From: a bacterium
Lineage (GTDB): Bacteria; UBA10199; 2-02-FULL-50-16; JAJFLM01
NCBI GenBank assembly: GCA_965216315.1
Contig: CBDCFN010000015.1
Location: 128,001 to 192,000, forward strand
Reading direction: 5' to 3'
Length of the DNA stretch: 64,000 bases
Shown here: in pieces, positions 55,636 through 64,000 of the stretch
Layout: each line of letters opens with the position of its first letter
How positions within the stretch are numbered: the first letter of the stretch is position 1
Translations under genes and position numbers: made by a program
The notes under the pieces: model-generated
The model's database searches: none
What the model was told of the DNA's origin: nothing
What the model saw: the letters and a program-made list of their open reading frames with translations, nothing else

Positions 55636-55725
55636 AAATCCCCCTTTATCCCCCTTTACAAAGGGGGAGATAACGGTTCCCATTTGGTATCCCTCCCTTT
55701 GACAAAGGGAGGTTAGGAGGGATTT
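55636..55725. repeat. Double-hairpin palindromic element between the permease genes
   Basis: tccccctttacaaaggggga and cctccctttgacaaagggagg enclosed by aaatccc/gggattt. Confidence 0.75.
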
Positions 55726-55735
55726 TTTCAAAGGA

Positions 55736-56665
55736 TTATCCATTTGCACCTAACTTTACCCGCGGATCTATCCGCGCATACAAGAGATCCGTTGCCAGAT
55801 TGACCAAGGCATAGGTCGCCGCAATCGTTAAGATACAACCTTGCACCACCGGGTAATCGCGTCGTTCGATCGCGGTTAACAATAACGTCCCGATTCCCGG
55901 CCACGAGAAGACCTTCTCGGTGACGATCGCCCCGGCCAACAGGGCGCCAAACTGCAAACCGACAATGGTCACGACCGGGTTCAATGCATTGACCAGCGTG
56001 TGTTTTCCGACCACGACAAATTCCGAAAGTCCTTTGGCGCGTGCCGTGCGCACATAATCTTCGTTCATCACATCCAACATCGAACTGCGCGTCAACCGGC
56101 TGGTCAATGCCGCCATCGACGCTCCCAACGTCACCGCCGGGAGGATAACACTACCCGGTAAATCACGTCCCGCCACGGGAAACCAATCCAACTGAACCGC
56201 AAACACCAAAGCCAGGAGCGGACCGAGCCAAAAATTGGGCATCGCAATACCAATCAGTGCAAACAGCATACTGCCGCGATCCGTCCAGGTTCCGCGTCGT
56301 AATGACGCAATGACGCCTAAGGGAATCGCGAGCGCCAAGGCAATCAGAATAGCAATCAACGCCAAATGCAAAGTGGCCGGAAAACGTTGGGCAATCATCT
56401 GAGTCACCGGCTTTTGGCTATAGAGTGACTTGCCGAGATCCCCATGCATGAGACCGTCGATAAAACGTAGCTGCTGTTCCCAGACAGGCTCGTCGAGGTG
56501 CAATTGGTGCTGCAAAACCTCGCGATCACTGACCAGGGCCTGTTCACCCAAGATCGCATCAACCGGATCCCCAGGAATCATGTGAATAAAGAAGAAAACG
56601 AGCGTACTGACAGTATAGAGAATAGGAATAAGAAAGAGTAAGCGACGGACGGCATAGTGTATCAT
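55736..56665 (-). CDS. Peptide ABC transporter permease (DppB/OppB-like)
   Basis: PGDPV, DYVRTARAKGL, EKVFSWPGIG, RDYPVVQG. Confidence 0.93.
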   Translation of the reverse strand: MIHYAVRRLLFLIPILYTVSTLVFFFIHMIPGDPVDAILGEQALVSDREVLQHQLHLDEPVWEQQLRFIDGLMHGDLGKSLYSQKPVTQMIAQRFPATLHLALIAILIALALAIPLGVIASLRRGTWTDRGSMLFALIGIAMPNFWLGPLLALVFAVQLDWFPVAGRDLPGSVILPAVTLGASMAALTSRLTRSSMLDVMNEDYVRTARAKGLSEFVVVGKHTLVNALNPVVTIVGLQFGALLAGAIVTEKVFSWPGIGTLLLTAIERRDYPVVQGCILTIAATYALVNLATDLLYARIDPRVKLGANG

Positions 56666-58212
56666 GGCTCCTCCCGATACAAACCAACCATCCCACTAAA
56701 CGCCGCATTGGGGTACATCACATAGCCCTTTACATCACGTCGCCGCACGAGGATAACGTCTTCATACCAAAGGCTGATGTACGGAAGCTCATCCGCTGCA
56801 ATTGACTGCACTTCCTCATAAATTCGTTTCCTCTCCTGCGGTGAATTCGTCGAGCGCCCGGCCTCCGTCAGACTATCAATGACTTTATTCCGGTAACGGT
56901 TTCGGTTTCCCCCCTTCGGAGGAATCTGAGAGGAGTTAAAAACATAATAGTATATATCCGGTTCCGTCACGCCAACCCAGGTTAGCGTATAGAGCTGAAA
57001 ATTGCCCGCGCGGATATCCCGAAAGAGCGTCCCCCATTCATAAGGCGTTACCAGGACATCGACTCCAACTTTATTGAGGTATTGTGATATCAAGCGGGCC
57101 ATGCCGACACGATCTCGTTTGGAGGACGTCTTATAAAGGATGCGAAAACGACTCTGGGGTCCCGGACCGTCCGGATCAGGAAAACCCGCCTCATCCAGCA
57201 GAGCCATCGCCTTTTGCGGATTGTATGAGTAGCGCATCCCCGGCTTGTGATAGGCCCAGTGCATCGGAGCCAAGATTCCGGTCGCCGGCCGTGCCATTCC
57301 CTTTAACTTGTAACGAATCATCTCCGGAATATTCAGCGCATGAGCAAAAGCCCGGCGCACCTTGGCATTAGAGAGATGCGGATCTTCCAGATTAAAACCC
57401 ATATAGCTATAATTGATTCCCGGCTCACTTTGCACCACGAGATCCTTACGTTTGCGCACATAAGGAATTAATGCCGCCGGCACATTGTTCTGTAAGAGAT
57501 CAATACGTCCCCGCACGAGATCCAAAACACGTAAGTTATCATCACGGATAACACGAAAGACAAGCTGCTGCGGTTTGGCCGCCCCCGCAAAATAGTCATC
57601 AAAGCGGGTTAATATGACCTGTTCATCTTCTACAAAATCACTGACCTGAAACGGCCCGCTGCCAACGAGCGTCTCGTCCTTGCCCTGCCGGACAATTCCC
57701 AAGGTCAATGCACTCAAGAAAGGGGCGAAGGGCTCTTTGAGCTTTATCGTAAAGCGCTGCGCATCTTCGATCTCAATCGCCGCAATCTTACTAAAGGTTG
57801 AATAATGAGGCGAAGGCACCTTCTGCTCGCGAATCGAATTATAGGTCCAGGCAACATCCTCGCTCGTCAGCGGGGAACCATCTTGAAATCGAACATCCGG
57901 GCGCAACACAAAGCGGTATTCTTGCGCAGAGACCGCCTGGTAAGACTCTAAAAGATGGGGTGTCAGCCGCAGTTTTTTATCCAGCCGAAAGAGTCCTGAA
58001 TAAATGAGGCGACAGAGTTTCGATGAGTAGGCATCGGCGGCAAGCCGTGGATCAAACGTACTGGGTGAACTCTCCAGCCCGATTACAAATGTGCCCGGCG
58101 CAGGACGGCCCGTGTCCGAACATGCCGAACAAAACACCAGACTCAAACAAAGAAAGTGGAGCCAAAAAGTGCATCCGTTGACACGGCGCAGGTGTGTAGT
58201 TAGACTTATCAC
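56662..58212 (-). CDS. Peptide ABC transporter substrate-binding lipoprotein (family 5)
   Basis: FDP, LRPDVRFQDGSPLTSEDV, GSGPF; lipobox CSAC; exact start uncertain. Confidence 0.9.
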   Translation of the reverse strand: MISLTTHLRRVNGCTFWLHFLCLSLVFCSACSDTGRPAPGTFVIGLESSPSTFDPRLAADAYSSKLCRLIYSGLFRLDKKLRLTPHLLESYQAVSAQEYRFVLRPDVRFQDGSPLTSEDVAWTYNSIREQKVPSPHYSTFSKIAAIEIEDAQRFTIKLKEPFAPFLSALTLGIVRQGKDETLVGSGPFQVSDFVEDEQVILTRFDDYFAGAAKPQQLVFRVIRDDNLRVLDLVRGRIDLLQNNVPAALIPYVRKRKDLVVQSEPGINYSYMGFNLEDPHLSNAKVRRAFAHALNIPEMIRYKLKGMARPATGILAPMHWAYHKPGMRYSYNPQKAMALLDEAGFPDPDGPGPQSRFRILYKTSSKRDRVGMARLISQYLNKVGVDVLVTPYEWGTLFRDIRAGNFQLYTLTWVGVTEPDIYYYVFNSSQIPPKGGNRNRYRNKVIDSLTEAGRSTNSPQERKRIYEEVQSIAADELPYISLWYEDVILVRRRDVKGYVMYPNAAFSGMVGLYREEP

Positions 58213-58290
58213 CGTCTCGGCGGAAAGTAGAGAATTTCCTAAATAGTGTCAATGAATTAGCCACGGCCTCTTAAACGAAAGCGCCTCGAG

Positions 58291-59619
58291 ATGCGTCCAG
58301 AAACGAAACAGCAAAAAAAGAACTGGCTGCGCGCGGGGATTTTATCGGTTCTCCTCCTGGGAGCCAACCCACTCGCTGCCGCGACGCTACCCGATGTTCC
58401 GGACCTGCTGCGTCGCAACGGAATTCCCAAGGCCGCGTTGTCCGCAAGCATCATTTCACTCAAAACCGGCAAAACCGTCTTCAAATATAATGACGGGCTC
58501 CCACTCAACCCTGCGTCGGCTATGAAACTGCTGACCAGCCTCGCCGCCTTTGAAACTTTGGGTGCCGATCATCGCTACCCTACTGAATTCTTCAGCTACA
58601 AACCTGATAAGGAAGGAAAGATCTCGGGGCTCTGGGTAAAGGGTTACGGCAGTCCCGCCCTGGTCGACGAAGAGCTCCGTTGGATCGCGAAAAACTTAAA
58701 AAAGCGCGGCATCCGTCACATCGATGGACCCATCTATGTGGATGACACTTACTTTGGCCCCGCGGAACCAATCCGTTTCCCGGGCACAACGGGCAAAAGC
58801 GTTTACCGAGTCGTGACCGGCGCGCTTTCCTATAATTTCAATCGCCCTGAATCGCTGCTTTTTGCCGCGCGTTCATTTAAAAAGAACGGCGCCTATGCAC
58901 GCGGGACCTCAGAAGTCCCTGAAAGACCCGTCTTACTCAATAAAGAAATCTTGGACCCGGCGATTTATACCGGCCTTGCGATTAAAACGGAACTCGAGCG
59001 CCAAGGCATCCCGGTGACAGGAAAAGTGCAATTTCAGCGGGTCCCATTGGATACACGACTGCTCCTCTTTCATAGTTCGCAGCGCTTGGCCGAAATTATG
59101 GCGGGGCTTAACAAATTCAGCAACAATTTCATCGCCGAACAGGTCCTCCGCTCTCTCGGTGCCGCGCGCTATGGGCAGGCAAGCCGCACGCGCGGCCTCA
59201 AAGTCTTGAGTGAAACTCTCGCCAAAGTCGGTGGCACCGATGCCAACTATCGGCTGCATAATGGCTCCGGACTCTCGCGTCACAATCGGCTCGCAGCCGC
59301 CCATTTAACTCAACTGCTCCGCCATGCTCTCAAGGCGTCCTATGGCGAAGATTATACAAGGGCCTTGAGTATTGGCGGCGTCGATGGGACACTGCTAAAA
59401 AGGTTTCGCAGCTCAAAGCTCAAGGGCCATATTTGGGCCAAAACCGGCACCTTATACTCGGTCTCAACATTGGCGGGTTATTTTTTAGTCGATGAGGAAC
59501 CTTACTGTTTTGCCATTCTCGTGAATGATTTTGCAACGGGGCCGGCACCGGCAGAAAAGACACAACAAATGATATTGGAACACTTCGTTAAGTACATCGC
59601 GCAAAAGGAATCATCGTAA
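58291..59619 (+). CDS. dacB: D-alanyl-D-alanine carboxypeptidase/endopeptidase PBP4
   Basis: PASAMK (SxxK), SNN, GSGLSR, AKTGTL. Confidence 0.93.
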   Translation: MRPETKQQKKNWLRAGILSVLLLGANPLAAATLPDVPDLLRRNGIPKAALSASIISLKTGKTVFKYNDGLPLNPASAMKLLTSLAAFETLGADHRYPTEFFSYKPDKEGKISGLWVKGYGSPALVDEELRWIAKNLKKRGIRHIDGPIYVDDTYFGPAEPIRFPGTTGKSVYRVVTGALSYNFNRPESLLFAARSFKKNGAYARGTSEVPERPVLLNKEILDPAIYTGLAIKTELERQGIPVTGKVQFQRVPLDTRLLLFHSSQRLAEIMAGLNKFSNNFIAEQVLRSLGAARYGQASRTRGLKVLSETLAKVGGTDANYRLHNGSGLSRHNRLAAAHLTQLLRHALKASYGEDYTRALSIGGVDGTLLKRFRSSKLKGHIWAKTGTLYSVSTLAGYFLVDEEPYCFAILVNDFATGPAPAEKTQQMILEHFVKYIAQKESS

Positions 59620-61103
59620 TGTCTTGGTACCGCTTTGGCGCCGCACTATTATTGATCGGACTCACGGGACTCTTTGTGTTTTGGGAATATCATTTTTTTC
59701 CAAAACGGGTGTCGCGTTCCATTACCAAGCCAATCGAATTGCACACGCGCTCCGTCTCTCACAAGAGTCTACTCGCAGAACCGGCTCCCATCATTCCGGA
59801 CGCACTCAAAGGAGAGCGCGCCATTGCCTTCAAGCTTTCCTTTGAAGACCCTGAAGGCATGCAATTAACCCCTCCACTGCTTGATAATCTGGTGACCCCC
59901 TCGCGGCTTGAATCTCTCAGTCCGCTCAAGAAACTCCCCAACCAAGAATTATTCCCGGTCCCCGCGTCGATTCGGAAGGCTGTCGATTTCTGGAAAAGTT
60001 GTTACTCCAAGTATACTTCGTATGAAGTGGTTCTCCACGATAGGCGTTATTTGGGGGTGGTTTACGATGTGCTTGATTTTACCAGCCTCAAACAACAGGG
60101 ATTTAGTGACCAAGAGATCTGGCGTTTCAAAAAAGATCGCGTCAGAGAGCGCATGAATGAAATCGACAATGCCCTTAAGCAACTCAACAAGACTCAGGGG
60201 GTTGCACGGCGACTCACCCCTTTAGAAGGCAAGATCTGGAAGCTTTGGGAATTCTTGCCTGACGACCCCAAACGTTTTGCCAAGGCCCGCGAAGAACTAC
60301 GTTCCCAAACCGGCATGAGAGATCGATTTCGTCGCGCCATTCAAAGAGCGGGTGCCTATTTACCTTATATGGAAGATATTTTTCTCAGTTATCAGCTTCC
60401 ACCCGAACTGACACGACTCGTTTTTGTCGAGTCAATGTTCGTGAATGAAGCCCTCTCCAAGACCGGCGCTGCCGGGTTGTGGCAATTTATGCCCGGAACA
60501 GCCAAGCTTTTCATGAAGCTCAATGAATGGGTGGACGAACGACTCGATCCCTTCATCGCGACGGAATCAGCCGCACGTTTGCTGTCGGACAATTATAGCC
60601 TGCTCGGATCTTGGCCTCTCGCCATCAATGCCTACAACTCCGGGCCGGGACGCCTTAAGCAGGCGGTTCGCCGGCTAGGAACGGATGACATCGGCGTGAT
60701 TATCAACCGGTTTAAGGGACGCGGTTACGGTTTTGCATCGCGGAACTTTTATCCTTCCTTCATTGCCGCCCTTGAAGTGTCAGAAAACTATCGGCAACTC
60801 TTTGGCGACTTACCCATCTACGAACCGATCACTTACGAGACCGTCAAACTCCCTGCCCAGGCACGCATCGATGATATCGCTTCGATACTGGAACTCGACG
60901 TTCAAAGCCTCAGGGATTTAAACCCAGCCTTCTTGCGACCGATCTACGAATCTGATGTCTATTTGCCTGCCGGCGCCAATATTCGTGTTCCCTTAGGTGA
61001 TGGAGCGGATCTCATCGCCGGCGTTTACAACCTTGCCGCTCGATCTCATTACGACCTTACACGTACGGAGATGACTGAAGATAAGAATTCTGAAAAACTT
61101 TAA
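59619..61103 (+). CDS. MltD-like lytic transglycosylase
   Basis: VES, GAAGLWQFMP, DERLDP, AYNSG; C-terminal LysM-like segment. Confidence 0.9.
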   Translation: MSWYRFGAALLLIGLTGLFVFWEYHFFPKRVSRSITKPIELHTRSVSHKSLLAEPAPIIPDALKGERAIAFKLSFEDPEGMQLTPPLLDNLVTPSRLESLSPLKKLPNQELFPVPASIRKAVDFWKSCYSKYTSYEVVLHDRRYLGVVYDVLDFTSLKQQGFSDQEIWRFKKDRVRERMNEIDNALKQLNKTQGVARRLTPLEGKIWKLWEFLPDDPKRFAKAREELRSQTGMRDRFRRAIQRAGAYLPYMEDIFLSYQLPPELTRLVFVESMFVNEALSKTGAAGLWQFMPGTAKLFMKLNEWVDERLDPFIATESAARLLSDNYSLLGSWPLAINAYNSGPGRLKQAVRRLGTDDIGVIINRFKGRGYGFASRNFYPSFIAALEVSENYRQLFGDLPIYEPITYETVKLPAQARIDDIASILELDVQSLRDLNPAFLRPIYESDVYLPAGANIRVPLGDGADLIAGVYNLAARSHYDLTRTEMTEDKNSEKL

Positions 61104-61117
61104 GGAATTGAATAGGC

Positions 61118-61435
61118 TTATCCCGAGGGAATCAGCAGCCAAATAATCATCCCGACAAGAAGTAGTAACAAGAACCACCATATCTTTTTCCGCGGCTTTT
61201 CACCGCCGCGTGAACGCTCTCGAGCCTGAGCCTCTTCGATGAGATGCAAGGCGAGTCCTTCCGGAGGCATAGCTGCAGCACTCACGGCTGCTGCCTCGCG
61301 TGCTGCGACCACCATCTCACGAAGCTCGGCCGAGGCCAGGCAGGCGGCAAAGGCTTCGTGCATCAGCTCTTCGGGCCACTTCTCCAAGTCAGTCCCGTAA
61401 AGCGACAAATATTCCTTCATTTCGTCGGCTGTCAT
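61118..61435 (-). CDS. Small single-TM protein, anti-sigma-like N-terminus
   Basis: LSLYGTDLEKWP motif; C-terminal TM; SD GAGGAG. Confidence 0.6.
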   Translation of the reverse strand: MTADEMKEYLSLYGTDLEKWPEELMHEAFAACLASAELREMVVAAREAAAVSAAAMPPEGLALHLIEEAQARERSRGGEKPRKKIWWFLLLLLVGMIIWLLIPSG

Positions 61436-61665
61436 CGCTCCTCAAGCAATCACACAATCATGGTAAAAACACACCAAGTTCTTCAAAAATTATTCTCCAT
61501 CTAGGGCCGCTTCACCCCCAATCTGAAGCGATTTCAGCGATTTCGGCACAACATTTCACCAAAAAAACCGATACATCTTAGATGCAAACGCAAGATGCAT
61601 CTGGGGCTTGTCTAACGAGCCATAACCCGCTATAAGTATTGACTAATCATCCAGAGTGGAGAGCG

Positions 61666-63777
61666 ATGAGGGCACAATTTATTCACACAATTAGGCCACT
61701 GAGGCGCTGGTTTATCTGCCTGGTTCTGGTCGGCGGGATTGTGGGCCCGGCCACGGCCGTCCACGCTAAGAAGAAATCCGACGACTCAAAACTCCAAGGC
61801 GGCATCGAGGCCTTTGAAGAAGATAACTGGAAAACCGTCCTCAAGAAGCTCAAACCTTTCCTTAACCAGGATAATCCCATTCCCGACTACGTTCTTTATA
61901 TGGTCGGTGTCGCTGAACGTCATGAAGGCGATTGCAGCGAGGCGGCGGATCACTTTGCCAAGCTGCGCCGCAATTATACGCGATCTGTTTTTGCAACCGA
62001 CTCTATTCTCGAAGAAGCGCGCGCTTTAGTCTGCGCCAAAGACTTTGAATTAGGGCGCACCCGGGCTCAGGAATTCCTCAAGACCAAGCCCTATAAGCGA
62101 CTCGCCGCTGAGACTCAGCTGTTGTTGGCTCGTAGTTACTTAGAGTCAGGAGCTAAAGAAACAGCACGCGCTAAACTACGCGATTTTTGGGTTGATGCCA
62201 GCGACGATGACTTGGCCCAAGACGCACTCAAACTTTTAAAGAAAGCGGGGGGCAAAATCTCCGGTAATGATAAATGGCGCCGGGCGCGCCATTTGTATAA
62301 AATGCGCGAATGGGTCCAGGCCAAGAACATATTGGTCGAACTCGGCGCACAAGATAGTTTCCTTTTTGCTGAATGTATCTTTCGCTTGCGCGATTACCAG
62401 CGCGCCAAGAAACTTTTTGAGAGTCTATTGGCCCGTCGCGAGTCGACCGGCAAGGCCCAGGCCCGACTGGCGACGATCAACGCCCGCATTGGCGACTACA
62501 ACTCAGCCATCAAGCACAATCTATCGATCGCCAAGAAATACGCCGGCTCTAAAAAGCAACGCAGCGCCCTTAAGAAAGTTGCTTTCTTACACCGCGATCG
62601 CCAGGAATTTGAAAAATCAGCCAAAGTGCTCCAAGAACTTCTCCAAAAGCCCTTACGTAAACGCGAAAAGATCGAGGCCTTAGAAGATTATGCCTGGGTC
62701 AGCTATCGCGCCGGCAATTTGGATGTTGCGATCAACACGATTGATGACCTGCTTGAGATGAAACTCAACAAAGAACAGGCCGCAAAAATGCTTTTCTGGA
62801 AGGGCAAGATACTCAGCAAACAGGTCGCTGACACCAAAGACAAACAGGAACGCAAAGATCTTCGCAAGCTTGCCCGAGAGACCTTTCGCGAGGCCTGGAA
62901 ACATGACAAATGGGGCTACTATGGACTCTCCGCGCTGCGGGACATGAACGACAAAGATAAAGAAAAGAAATTTTACAGCACGCTTAAGATTGAGGATCAA
63001 CGGCGTGCCCGGCGTATTCGCCAAGTGGCGGTCGACGCTGCACCCTCTATGAATGGGCTCTTTCATCTGCCCCGCGCTCAGGCCCTCCATTCGATGGGGC
63101 GTAAGCGTCTGGCCACGCGCGAGATGAAGGCCGCCTTTAGAGAGGCCAAGGGACGACCCGCACTGATGAAACTCGTTGGGGAAATGGCCTATGAAGTGGG
63201 CAATTATCACGTCCCCATGATTGTCGCCCTCAGAAAACCGGGACTCATGGACCGTCCGGAAGATGCCTGGAATTGGATCTACCCTGCCGCCTACCAACCG
63301 ATTGTCGAACGTCACGCCGGACGTCGGCATCTCGAACCCAACCTTGTTTACTCGATGATGCGCCAGGAATCAGCGTTTCAGGAACAAGTGGTCAGCTCGG
63401 CCGGCGCACGCGGTCTGATACAGATTATGCCCTTCACCGGCCGGCGCCTCGCTCGCATCATGGGCTGGAAGGGATTTAAAACCATTGACCTTTTTGAGCC
63501 CGAGATCAACATCGCACTCAGCACTTTGTATGTACGGATGAACTCTGATCTCTTCGACGGCCACCTGCCCGCCGTCATCGCCTCCTACAACGCAGGCGAA
63601 CACGCCGTGGCTCGTTGGCTCCCCTCGCGACAGCATCTTGATTATTGGGAGTTCATCGAAGAAATTCCTTATCGGGAAACCAACAAATACACCAAACGCG
63701 TCATGCGCAACTATTGGATGTACAATTACATCTACTCAGCCGGGAAGCCCGCCAAGTCCGCCCGCCAAGACACCTAG
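61666..63777 (+). CDS. slt: Slt70-like soluble lytic transglycosylase with TPR repeats
   Basis: MRQES, GARGLIQIMP, SYNAG, ETNKY; signal peptide. Confidence 0.92.
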   Translation: MRAQFIHTIRPLRRWFICLVLVGGIVGPATAVHAKKKSDDSKLQGGIEAFEEDNWKTVLKKLKPFLNQDNPIPDYVLYMVGVAERHEGDCSEAADHFAKLRRNYTRSVFATDSILEEARALVCAKDFELGRTRAQEFLKTKPYKRLAAETQLLLARSYLESGAKETARAKLRDFWVDASDDDLAQDALKLLKKAGGKISGNDKWRRARHLYKMREWVQAKNILVELGAQDSFLFAECIFRLRDYQRAKKLFESLLARRESTGKAQARLATINARIGDYNSAIKHNLSIAKKYAGSKKQRSALKKVAFLHRDRQEFEKSAKVLQELLQKPLRKREKIEALEDYAWVSYRAGNLDVAINTIDDLLEMKLNKEQAAKMLFWKGKILSKQVADTKDKQERKDLRKLARETFREAWKHDKWGYYGLSALRDMNDKDKEKKFYSTLKIEDQRRARRIRQVAVDAAPSMNGLFHLPRAQALHSMGRKRLATREMKAAFREAKGRPALMKLVGEMAYEVGNYHVPMIVALRKPGLMDRPEDAWNWIYPAAYQPIVERHAGRRHLEPNLVYSMMRQESAFQEQVVSSAGARGLIQIMPFTGRRLARIMGWKGFKTIDLFEPEINIALSTLYVRMNSDLFDGHLPAVIASYNAGEHAVARWLPSRQHLDYWEFIEEIPYRETNKYTKRVMRNYWMYNYIYSAGKPAKSARQDT

Positions 63778-63890
63778 TACATGGATAGAAAGTGCTCCAA
63801 ATGCCGGAGCAAAGCTTATCCATGAAAACCCCCTTAATTCCAATAGTATAGCTTGATTAAGCGCTCTAATTTCCGTAAATCTATAGTATT

Positions 63891-64000
63891 GTGGCACAGG
63901 CTCAGAAATTGCCCGAGCTCAAACCTCAGGTCCTCATCGTCGATGACGATGAGAGCATGCGGGATCTGCTGACGTCTATCCTCAAGGATGATTACGACTG
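63891..64000 (+). CDS. Response regulator receiver domain (partial, 5' end only)
   Basis: Manual translation PQVLIVDDDESMRDLLTSILKDDYD; start at GTG 63891 or TTG 63909. Confidence 0.8.
   Translation, partial: MAQAQKLPELKPQVLIVDDDESMRDLLTSILKDDYD

Noticed and set aside
63892..63912. TGGCAC as a sigma54 promoter
   Set aside because: TTGC is 11 nt away instead of 5, and the site overlaps the likely start of the response regulator.
1..64000. CRISPR array, cas, integrase, transposase or prophage genes
   Set aside because: No regularly spaced repeats or recognisable motifs seen; the tRNA has no duplicated 3' end and is flanked by core genes.

Overview
Bacterial chromosomal segment with a deltaproteobacterial-style housekeeping backbone; the lineage is inferred from gene order only. 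The backbone holds rpmE-prfA-prmC-murA, a rearranged his cluster (hisH, inverted hisD-hisB, hisA-hisF), bioFAD, proA-rsfS-gpmI-yajQ, fadA-fadN-plsC, rpsU-yqeY-dnaG-rpoD-tRNA(CAT)-Zn-ribbon-rnhA-rnpB, nadD/nadK, PDRP, rmuC, and a peptidoglycan turnover cluster (nagZ, peptide ABC genes, dacB, two lytic transglycosylases). About 15 orphan or divergent genes are interspersed. Main hidden pattern: eight copies of one promoter-like motif (CAAC-N16/17-CGA-WRA-like) sit upstream of these orphan genes, several of them leaderless. Six proteins downstream of such motifs share an uncharged Ser/Ala/Leu-rich N-terminal extension, suggesting a co-regulated set of exported, effector-like proteins that includes DAG-kinase-like and Pfk-like enzymes. 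Four sigma54 promoters with an IHF-like box drive other orphans, including a 1892-aa membrane/GNAT/FHA/kinase protein. Several palindromic MITE-like inserts occur in housekeeping operons: in frame in prmC, inside RNase P RNA (with a second copy between dnaG and rpoD), and with a synonymously diverged duplicate of the hisF 5' end. No CRISPR array, integrase or transposase was seen. All calls come from reading the sequence by eye; no searches were run.
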